DNA from: Chiloscyllium plagiosum
Lineage: Eukaryota
DNA length: 49,870 bases
Reading direction: 5' to 3'
NCBI RefSeq assembly: GCF_004010195.1
Contig: NC_057758.1
Location: forward strand, 2,937,340 to 2,987,209
In this document: positions 26,120 through 36,159 of the stretch, piece by piece
Layout: each line of letters opens with the position of its first letter
Position numbering within the stretch: the first letter of the stretch is position 1
The notes under the pieces: generated by a model
What the model saw: only the letters and a program-made list of their open reading frames with translations
What the model was told of the DNA's origin: nothing
Databases searched by the model: none
Translations under genes and position numbers: made by a program

Positions 26120-26513
26120 ATATTGATTGGAAGCATTTTAGATCAAGTAGATTGGATGGGGCGGTGTTTGCGCAGTGTGTCCAGGAAGCTTTTCTAACTC
26201 ACTATGTTGATTGTCCGACCAGAGAGGAGGCCATATTGGATTTGGTACTTGGTAACGAACCAGGACAAGTGATGGGCTTGTTAGTGGGTGAACATTTTGG
26301 TGATGGTGAACACAATTCTGTGACTTTCACCTTGGTTATGGAGATAGATAGGTCCGTCCAACAGGGTAGGTGTTACAATTGGGGGAGGAGTAAAAATGAT
26401 GCTGTAAGAAGGATCTGAGGAGCATAAATTGGGAGCATAGGCTGTCAGGGAAGGATGTCGTTGAAATGTGGAACTTTTTCAAGGAACAGATGCGACTTGT
26501 CCTTGATATGTAT

Positions 26514-26749
26514 GTACCTGTCCGGCAGGAAAGAGATGGCCGTGTGAGGGAACCTTGGTTGACGAGGGAGGTTGAATGTCTTGTAAAGAGGAAGAAAGAG
26601 GCTTACATAAGGTTGAGGAAACAAGGTTCAGGCACCTTTCAGTCAGAAAAGAGATGGTCGTGTGTGGGAACCTTGGTTGACGAGGGAGGTTGAATGTCTT
26701 GTAAAGAGGAAGAAGGAGGCTTACATAAGGTTGAGGAAACAAGGTTCAG
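26514..26749 (+). repeat. 118-bp tandem duplication inside CR1 ORF2
   Basis: aaccttggttgacgagggagg starts at 26551 and 26669; peptide EPWLTREVECLVKRKKEAYIRLRKQGS occurs twice in different frames. Confidence 0.92.
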
Positions 26750-27147
26750 ACAGAGCATTGGAGGGATACAGGAGAGCCAGAAGGGAGCTGAAGAAAGGGA
26801 TTAGGAGAGCTAAGAGAGGGCATGAAAAATCTTTGGCGGATAGGATCAAGGATAACCCCAAGGCCGTTTATGCGTATGTGAGAAACATGAGAATGACGAG
26901 AACGAGGGTAGGTCCGATCAAGGACAGTAGTGGGAGACTGCATTGATTCGGAAGAGATAGGAGAGGTCTTGAATGAGTACTTTTCTTCAGTATTTACAAA
27001 CGAGAGGCACTGTATTGTTGAAGAGGAGAGTGTGAAACGGACTGGTAAGCTCGAAGAGATACTTGTTAAGCAGGAAGATGTGTTAGACATTTTGAACAAC
27101 TTGAGGATAGACAGTCCCCCGGGCCTGATGGGATATATCCTAGGATT

Positions 27148-28311
27148 ATGTGTGAAGCAAGGCAGGAAATTGCAGAACCGTTGGCAGTGATCTTTTCGTC
27201 TTCACTGTCAACGGTGCTGGTACCAGCGGACTGGAGAGTGGCGAATGTTATGCCCCTGTTCAAAAAAGGGAATAGAGATAACCCAGGGAATTACAGGCCA
27301 GTTAGTCTTACTTCGGTGGTAGGCAAAGTAATGGAAAGAGTACTGATGGATAGGATTCATGAGTATCTGGAAAGACACTGCTTGATTAGGGACAGCCAGC
27401 ATGAAATTGTGAGTGGTAGGTCTTGCCTTACAAGTCTTATTGAATTCTTTGAGGAGGTGACCAAGCATGTGGATGAGGGTAGAGCAGTGGATGTAGCATA
27501 CATGGATTTTAATAAGGCATTTGATAAGGTTCCCCATGGTAGGCTTATGCGGAAAGTCAGGAGGCATGGGATAGAGGGAAATTTGGTCAGTTGGATAGAA
27601 AACTGGCTCACCGGTCGAAGTCAGAGAGTGGTGGTATATTGTAAATATTCAGCCTGGAGCCCAGTTACAAGTGGAGTTCCGCAGGGATCAGTTCTGGGTC
27701 CTCTGCTGTTTGTAATTTTTATTAATGACTTGGAAGAGGGAGTCGAAGGGTGGGTCAGTAAATTTGCAAATGATACGAAGATTGGTGGAGTTGTGGATAG
27801 TGAGGAGGGCTATTGTCGGCTGCAGAGGGACTTAGACATGATGCAGAGTTGGGCTGAGGAGTGGCAGATGGAGTTCAACCCTGTCAAGTGTGAGGTTGTC
27901 CATTTTGGAAGGACAAATAAGAATGCGGAATACAGGGTTAACGGTAGGGTTCTTAGTAAGGTGGAGGAGCAGAGGGATCTTGGGGTTTATGTTCATAGAT
28001 CTTTGAAAGTTGCCACTCAGGTGGATAGAGCTTGTAAGAAGGCCTATGATGTATTAGCGTTCATCAACAGAGGGATTGAATTCAAGAGTCGTGAGGTGAT
28101 GTTGCAACTATACAGGACTTTGGTTAGGCCACATTTGGAGTACTGTGTTCAGTTCTGGTCGCCCTACTTTAGGAAAGATGTGGAAGCTTTGGAGAGTGTG
28201 CAGAGAAGATTTACCAGGATGTTGCCTGGAATAGAGAAGAGGTCGTACGAGGATAGGTTGAGAGTGCTAGGCCTTTTCTCATTGGAACGGCGAAAGATGG
28301 GGCTCACTTGA
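27148..28311 (+). pseudogene. CR1 reverse transcriptase domain ORF (387 aa) with altered catalytic motif
   Basis: NYRPVSLTS, YMDFNKAFDKVPH, SGVPQGSVLGPLLF, KFANDTK in place of FADDTK. Confidence 0.93.
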
Positions 28312-28829
28312 TAGGGGTTTATAAGATGATCAGAGGAATAGATAGAGTAGACAGTCAGAAACTTTTCCCCCGGGTACAACAGAGTGTTACAATGGGACAT
28401 AAATTTAAGGTGAAGGGTAGAAGGTATAGGGGAGATGTCAGGGGTAGGTTCTTTACCCAGAGAGTGGTGGGGGCATGGAATGCGCTGCCTGTGGGAGTGG
28501 CAGAGTCAGAATCATTGGCGACCTTTAAGCGGCAATTGGATAGGAACATGGATGGGTGCTTAAGCTCGGACAAATGTTCGGTACAACATCGTGGGCCGAA
28601 GGGCCTGTTCTGTGCTGTATTGTTCGATGTTCTATGTTCTCTTTGAGTTGCTTTGAAGATGCACCCCGTGAAAGCCACTTCGGGGTAGTCTTTGGACTCT
28701 AACACATATGTGAAAATAGAGCTCTGAAGAGGCGAAGCACCACAGGAAGGAAGACTCTTCTTTGATATTTCTCCATATAATATATGCTTCTGTTTGGTTT
28801 GAGCTGCTCGAGCGTTATCCCGACAAGTC

Positions 28830-29145
28830 AGTGGGCAGCACTGCTCCCTCAGAGCGCCAGGGACCTGAGTTCAATTCCTGCCTCGGGCGACTGTCTGTGT
28901 GGAGTTTGCAGAATCTCCTGTGTCTGCGTGGGTTTCCTGCATGTGCTCCGGTTTGGTCACACAATCCAAAATATGCAGGTCAGGTGAATTGGCCATGCTA
29001 ATTTGCTCATAACAGGAGGTGCCCTTGTCAGGGATAAATATATGGTGGGAGAATGTTTTCAGCTGGGTGACTCTTTGGACGTTCGATGTGGACTTAATGG
29101 GCTGAAAGGCCTATTACCATTCTTTTGGGAATCTAATTTAATCTA
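28830..29145 (+). mobile_element. HE1-type SINE (older copy)
   Basis: agcactgctccctcagagcgccagggacctgagttcaattcc...tgtgtggagtttgc...aatctaatttaatcta. Confidence 0.85.
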
Positions 29146-31070
29146 CCCCTTCATCTAGAAACACATTCCATACAGGCAGCACAGGCAGCATGAAAACAAA
29201 TGTCTCTTAGGTCCCTTTCAACTCTATTTCCACTCACATTAAACTTAGCCCTTTTGAACTCCCTACCAGTGGGAAAAAATAGTTTTTCTATTCATCTTAC
29301 TTGCGACGCCCATGGTTTCATAAACCAGCATCAGGTCACTCCTCGGCCTTCAGTCTTGGAGAGTAAATAATAATCCAGCGTCTCCAGATATTTCAAACTT
29401 ACGATTCCCGGCAACGGTATTGTAAATATTTTCCGAATCCTGATATTAACATGTCAAGGGTCTCATCTGCAATCACAGTTTTGGCCAAAGCAGAACAGGA
29501 ATACTGGATTCTCAGAAAAACACGTGAGTGTAATAACCTTGACTTGAAATGGAGCAGAAATCCAGGATAAATCAGTGCATTCCCAAACAACTATCTATTC
29601 AATTGGTTGCGCATTCCCACCATGTCTGCAGGGTTTCAGCTGGTTGTACTGTTTTTCCCACATAGCTCAAAAATGTGCAGATCAGTTGGTTTAACCACCA
29701 GAAATGCGAGGATCGGGTGGGGAGTTGCGTTCTTCTGTGAAATTGGTGAAGGCACGGTGAGCTGAATGGCCTCTTCCTGTGTTCTCGAGATTCTATGTGA
29801 GCCCACTGTAACGAAAAGAAATGAAACTGCAACTTCAACTTTAGAATTGATATTAAAACCAATACTTTAACTGCAGAGCATTCTCGTATCCATTTTTCTC
29901 ACGGTCCAGCATAGATATTCCTCAGCTGTGGAACCTCTAACATACTTTTGTCACAGAGCACACACATGTCGAGACAAAGAAGGTGCAGGACTGATTTGAC
30001 GAGTGATAGACGGTTAAATCCTTTTTCCCGGCATCTTGCTAAATTTGGGGCAGAAATTCGTGCATTTGTGAAAATGCTCCCTGATATTTTTTTCAAACCT
30101 GAGAGAGAGGGAGGGTGCTGCTGAATAGTGATTTTAGTGAAATAAATCCGCTCAATGTGACAAGTATCTGAAACAATATCGCACAGCCACCAGGGGTGGT
30201 GTTTAGACAGAAATATCATATACAGTAACGCAAAACATGATGAATAATCAGTTTAAATCACCTCAGAGCCTCATGAAGCAATGAGAGGAATAATTCCCAA
30301 TTTTGGGGTCTGGCCTACATCAACACAATCCGTAGTGGTCTACGTTGGTCTATTTCTCAGACCAATCAGGTTCCCACGGCTCTGTTTAAATTTAAGCAAT
30401 CCTTGCTGTTGATTGTGACCCAACATCAATGGGTGTATTTCACACGCAAACGCTCCTCTCGATCAGATTCATACAGTCTTATTTCAATTTCGCCAAAGTC
30501 TGGTAGCTGTCAATCTGCATCAATGCGCATCTTGTCAGCAGGAACGCCTGACCTATCAGATGTTTGATGGAAGCTCAGCGTGTGTCTGAGAGTGAGTGTG
30601 CCGCAGTCAGTGGAACTCTGGGACAGCCTCTTCACTGGTTGGAGTTTTGCATTCTCTCAAAACCAATTTTGCATTCTCTGTAAATCTTCTTGATGCTTGC
30701 GATATTATGGTGACCATCAATGGACACAATCCTCCAACATTGGCCTAAAGAAAGGCCACCACATGAGAAGGCTGTATTTTGCTCATATTCTGCCTCCCGG
30801 TTCCTCTCTGTCATGATGTTAAGACACGGATTTGAATGTGTAATACGATATGACCACCGATGGCCTGCCAGTGTCGTCCATTTTTATCCACATGCCTGAT
30901 AACGCAGTGTTTCATGGCTCATTGAATTGACACAAACAAATGGAGTCTGAACTGCTGAGATGACAGATTTCTGTATTCACAAACACAAATGATTTCCCGC
31001 GTTGCATATTGCCTTTTCTTATTTGAGTAGAGACGAAGGAAAGCTGCAGATGATAGCATCCAGGATAGAC

Positions 31071-31222
31071 AAGCAGGAGGCTGGAAGAAGACCGCAGGCC
31101 AGGCAGTACCAGGAAGTGGAGAGGTCAACGTTTCGAGTGTAACCCTCCTTCATAGAACCGAAACGTGGACTTCTCGATCTCCTGATGCTGCCTGGTTTGC
31201 TGTGTTCTTCCATTCCTGCGTT
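31071..31222. mobile_element. Short inverted pair of PLE pseudo-LTR ends
   Basis: ggaagaagaccgcaggccaggcag...gtcaacgtttcg versus cgaaacgtggac...ctgcctggtttgctgtgttcttcc. Confidence 0.7.
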
Positions 31223-31529
31223 ATCACCTTTTCTTCTTTGATGTCTGAAAGGCGTTTTTCTGTGTTGTAATGCTCAATGATTTCTCCTGATTGGTTAACT
31301 GACCAAATCCTCTCAAAGTTGCTTGGTTTCAAGACAGATATCAAAGAAGGAGATATACATAGTTAATTTTCGAGAGGAGGTAACTGGCATAGAAAACGAA
31401 ACACTTGAGGCAGAATCTGCAATGGTAACATCATTAATGTAGCATCGAGCGCAGAAGGCCTGACTTGGAGGGGTTCATGAGGTTTCAGTATTCAACCAGT
31501 TGTAGTTATCAGATCAGTTATCAGATCCA

Positions 31530-31850
31530 AAGATGGAAGAGTACAAGTCGGCCATCCTCAACTGCAAGTCTGCTGTTCCATACAATGCGATCGTGGCTGT
31601 TCTGACTGTTCTCAATTCCACATTCTTCCATTTTCCTGTTAATTCCTCGATTCCCATCCTGATTAAAATTCTGTCTGCCTCTCTGATCACTGAACCCTCT
31701 CTGAATTACCTCCAATGCCAGCATATCTTTCCTCGACGAGGGACTGAAACGTGTTCTCACTATGTCAGCTGTGCTCTCCCTAGAGTTTTGGAGGGTTTTG
31801 GCAAAGCCTCCTGACTTTTGTACTTCGTTCCTTTTGAAATTAGGCAAAGC
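31530..31850 (-). mobile_element. Old CR1 3' fragments
   Basis: ORF 31521..31847(-) contains RFSPSSRKDMLALEVIQRGF. Confidence 0.6.
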
Positions 31851-32459
31851 GACAGATCTATTTCAAATCTCGTGAAGTTGTTTGCTAATCGACATGCTCA
31901 GAGATGGTTTTCCATACCTCTAGATCAGGTCAGACTTGCACACACTTCTTTCTGACTCAGAGACAGGGCCACTACGACTACATGACAAGAGCCCACCGTC
32001 ACTGTGACGCAGCATGTCAATGTGACAAATGAGAGGACAGGGAATTGTCGTTTAGTCATCATTTCTTGTAAGGAGAAACGGACTGAACACACCTGAACAG
32101 CAGCAAGCATCTCAAGTGTACAGAGGCCACTCCTGTACACCTTGATTTCCCTGATTGCAAATGGTGAGATGCACATTCCGCTGCAGTTAAGATTAACAGC
32201 TGAACATACCTTCTGTGGCGGATTCCATGAACAGCAGGGCTTCAAGCAACAAAAGCAATGTTGTCACATCAACGCTGTAATTCTGAGAGGGCGAATAATC
32301 AGACTGGAACACAGATTCTCTTTTCATGTGCTCACAGAGTAATCTGATAGTATTAAACATTGACACAATGATAACGGTTTCCACTTTGTCTTCTATTAAA
32401 ATGCAAATCACTAACTGAGACGGACATCAATTGGTAACAAATATTAAGGGTGTCTTTTG

Positions 32460-33110
32460 AACATTTACATCAAAACCCGAAAGGCTGATGGAATTTCCGA
32501 CCTTATTTCAATGAGATTGGAGGACAAGAGTGTGGAGGTCTCAGTGTAACTTTAAAAAGTGGTTGTACAATCATATCCGGAGTACCGTGAGCAGAACTGG
32601 TCCCTATTTTGCAGGAGAGATATCTTTTCATTGGAGGAACTTCAGAGAAAGTTCACGAGGATGATTGCTGATATGAAGTGCTGATCTTAAGAGCAAAACC
32701 TAAAGTTTTTACGACGCTACTTCCTGGAGTTTCTAAGATTGAGAGGTGTTCTGACGGTAAATGCATGGAATTCTTCAGGTGGCTTTTCATGGTAGATGTT
32801 GACATAATGCTATTCCTCACGGGGGAGTCAATGGCCAGAGTCTCAGAATAAAGGTGCACAAATTTAATACTGAGATGAGGAGGAAATTCTCACCTCACAG
32901 ATGCGATTGCTTGGAAAACCTTGCCAAAGAGAGCTGTGGACGCCAAATCTCTCCTTACCTTTATGGCGACGACAGAGAGAAACTTGATCTGTCACAGAAT
33001 CAAGGATAACAGAGAAAGGGCAGGAAAGTGGATGTAAAGAACATTTGAGCCGCCAAGATTCGGGTGAATAGCAGAGCAGATTTGAGGGGCCGTGCGGCCT
33101 TCTTCTCGTC
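32460..33110 (+). mobile_element. Old CR1 3' fragment
   Basis: cattggaggaacttcagagaaagttcacgagg (LEELQRKFTR) and gagatgaggaggaaattc. Confidence 0.7.
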
Positions 33111-33744
33111 CTAATTTTTAAAGTTTTCACTGAAATTAATCCTTCATTGTTCACACCTCTCTGCATCAGAAACCAGTCACTCGGCCGGCTCAGCTACTCA
33201 ACTACAACATTGAGAAAGCAGCAATGACATGATGATGCAAAACAGATATACCGGTGGCAAATGGTCGTATAAACATGTAGGGCAAGATTGAGCCAAAAAA
33301 ACAACTGAGCAACAGAAAGGCAGAGATTGTGGGAAACCTTAACAAGTACAAGATTCCATCCATCTCTCAGAGTTCAACAGAGGTTGCACTGTTCAGTAGT
33401 AAAGCCAGGAAACAACATCCAGCATCTGATTGTGTGCACAAACAGGGTGCACTCAATTGAGTGTCTAAAAATCAGTCCCCCAGACTGTAGACTGTTACGA
33501 CACGGTGATGAACCCTTCAGCTAATTAAATCAAACACACGGAAAAAACTGACTTTGCCTCATAATCTCTTAAATTATGAGTGACAAGGAACTCCCAAATT
33601 CAAATATTTAAAGAAAAACATTAATTTATTCATGAACTTTAAAAGCGAACATTAACCAATAACTATTTAAAAGTCTAAACCTCATTTTTCTTAAATGCTT
33701 GTTATCTGCCTCCAACTCGTTCACAACATATTGTTCCAATATAC

Positions 33745-33909
33745 TTTCCAACGCCTCTCCCCCAAGTCCCTCCTCCCTACCTTTTATCTTAGCCTGATGG
33801 ACACACTTTCCTTATTCCTGAAGAAGGGCGCATGCCCGAAACGTCGATTCTCCTGCTCCTTGGATGCTGCCTGACCTGCTGCGCTTTTCCAGCAACACAT
33901 TTTCAGCAC
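33745..33909 (+). mobile_element. Solo PLE pseudo-LTR inserted in the Gypsy LTR
   Basis: Flanked by tgttccaatatac (33732-33744) and tgttcaaatatac (33910-33922); same family as the 20500 end. Confidence 0.85.
33815..33848 (+). ncRNA. Minimal hammerhead ribozyme motif
   Basis: CTGAAGA-A-GGGC-gcat-GCCC-GAAA-CG-TC: GUC triplet, palindromic ACGT stem III, only about 2 bp of stem I. Confidence 0.7.
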
Positions 33910-35639
33910 TGTTCAAATATACACCCGCATTGAAATAACATCAACTTAATTTCTCAAGCACCGACCAGTCGTCGTTGGTACCTGTCTTCTTTTGGCTCAG
34001 ATCTCCCTGAGTTGTCTTCGGTCTTCTACTGCAAAGATGTTTCAGATGAAAAAGTACCTTTGTCAGTGAATGTTTTGAATGGCAATCTCTCTCCAGGTGG
34101 CAGTTACTCTCTCGATGGCAATTGGTCTCTGTCTAACTTTCCAAAATGTCTGCTTCTTTATACCGTAAACATCAGATTGTCTCATTTGTTCGAAATTGGC
34201 AAAAATAATACATTCAAACTCGATTGAGTTTTAGTATCCTGGAGCATCATTTCAACTCGTTGGTTAAAGTCGAATTGTTGTGAAAACAACAACCAAAATC
34301 CAGGACATTGTTTCACAACCAAATGCCACACATATTCAGACTTCCAGTGCACTCTGAGACAGCTGGCTAGTCACGTGACAGTTACCTGTTGGCTCGCTGT
34401 GCAAAACAGCTTTCACTCTCTTTTCAAAGCCTTCGACTGCATTACACCTTTCACCAGAATAAAAAATGAATTATCAAACTGAAAACATGGCTTATTTTTT
34501 TCTAATTCTTAACCCTCATTACAGAAAATACACAGAACATTAATCTAAATTCATATCAATTCCTGCACACGCATGCGTGCGTGCATGCTGACATACACAC
34601 ATACACACACAGAGACATACACACACACATATCTGTGTACAAGATAGCACATCTGCCATCACATTCTTATGAACCACAGCATGTAGAAGTTGTAAATTAA
34701 TAGTCTATAACATAGGACTCCAACGAAGTTGTCGCATATTGTTGTCTTTAAATCATGCCCAGATTGTAAGAGGTTTGTGATCGGTGCAAACAACTGTCTC
34801 TGGCCCACTATTTGCCAGATAAACACTACAGTTGCAGAGTCGCTAATTCCTTTTCGGTGGTAGAGTATTTTCTCTGGTGAGTGTTGAGTTCCTTCGTAAA
34901 GTAACCAATTGGCCGTTCAATGCCATCATCAGCTTCCTTTAGCATCATGGCTCCTGACTCCTTTACCACTTGCATCGATTGCAACTTTTCGGGGGGCTTC
35001 AAAATATTTGGTGCAGCCCAAACTGGTGCGATGCTTTCAATTTGAAAAATATCTCATGGCATTGTTCTATCCAACGAAATTTTGTGTTCTTTTTCTTTAC
35101 ATCTGTAACAATGCCAATGCGCTGCTGAATTTGGGAATAAACGTCTGGTGGAATCTGTTATGTCCCAACAATAGAAGCACATCTTTCTTCGAGATTGGTC
35201 GTGGAAATGGCCTTCATCTTTGCATTCCTTGGGATCAATCTTCCATTACCGATGTTATGTCCCAAGGACATCACCTCTGCCTTCATAATTCTGTTTGCTT
35301 TAAGCTTATGATCAGTTTTGAGCCTCTTCATCTTTCAAAGAGCTCTGCCAACTGCACCATGTGATCTGTTCATGATTCACAAAAGATCACGATATCATTC
35401 AGAGGGACTACACATTTTGTTTTCACAGCCACAACACTTTTCATGCATCTTTGGTGGTGCGGTTTTCTTTCCAAAACTGATCAATTCGATAAACGTGCTC
35501 TTCAAGAACCCCTCATCGTTATAGTTCATCTGGCATGACATGTCAAAAAGAAGAGCAAACATTGTTTCAACACCGAGCAACTGTAAAATTGGTTCGACGC
35601 TGTTTGAATATTGCAAAATTCCAGTCTCCCTCCTATCAG

Positions 35640-35930
35640 AAAGATATTGTGAATTTTGAAAGGATTCAGAAAAGATTTACAAAGATGCTGCTGGGATTAA
35701 AGTTGTAGGGAAAGGCTGCATAGTCTGGGGCTGGTTTCCCTGTAGTACGAGAGGCTGAACTGTGACCTTGTAGGAGTTAACAAAATCATGAGGCGCATGC
35801 TTATGGTAAATGGACGAGGTTTATGCCCTCTGGTCGTAGAGTCTGGAACAATAGTTTTAAGTTGAGAGTGCAAAAATGTAGAAGGGGCTAAATGGGCAAA
35901 CTTTCAAGCTGGAGTCGTGCATCTATAGAA
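35640..35930 (+). mobile_element. Old CR1 3' fragment
   Basis: gaaaggattcagaaaagatttacaaagatgctg (ERIQKRFTKML). Confidence 0.7.
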
Positions 35931-35953
35931 TGAGTCAGAAAAGAAATAGACGA

Positions 35954-36156
35954 CTACAAAATTCCATGCAACGACTGCCACAAATACTACGTAGGACAAA
36001 CAGGAAGAAAGTTAGCCACCAGGATACATGAACGCCAGTTAGCCACAAAAAGACACGACCCTCTATCCCTCGTAGCCCAATACACGGTGGAAAAAAACCA
36101 CCATTTCGACTGGGACAACACATCTATCCTGGGACAGACTAAGCAAAGACATGCCT
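35954..36156 (+). mobile_element. Penelope/Poseidon-type GIY-YIG fragment
   Basis: YKIPCNDCHKYYVGQTGRKLATRIHERQLATKRHDPLSLVA...HHFDWDNTSILGQ. Confidence 0.88.
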
Positions 36157-36159
36157 GGA

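Larger units (their letters stand above)
25280..28640 (+). mobile_element. Young CR1/HER1-type LINE, nearly complete ORF2 (APE plus RT), 5'-truncated
   Basis: CVYFNARSIRNK...VAITETW; GDFNFPNIDW (split by a SINE); 387-aa RT ORF; FFTQRVVGAWNALP; tgttcta-type tail. Confidence 0.95.
33493..35620 (-). mobile_element. 3' part of a second Gmr1-like Gypsy element: RT/RNase H (~34680-35620), purine-rich tract, 3' LTR (33493-34446)
   Basis: Minus strand IGYFTKELNTHQRKYSTTEKELA (RNase H); ggtgaaagg immediately before LTR start TGTAAT; LTR ends GTAACA; LTR similar to 15653-16340. Confidence 0.82.

Noticed and set aside
27148..28311. Longest ORF as a retron, DGR or other novel RT system
   Set aside because: Embedded in an ordinary CR1 ORF2 with APE upstream and a LINE tail; catalytic motif is altered
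15653..35620. The two Gypsy segments as halves of one inverted element
   Set aside because: LTRs look too diverged and both segments include overlapping RT C-terminal sequence; two related insertions is simpler, though not tested by alignment
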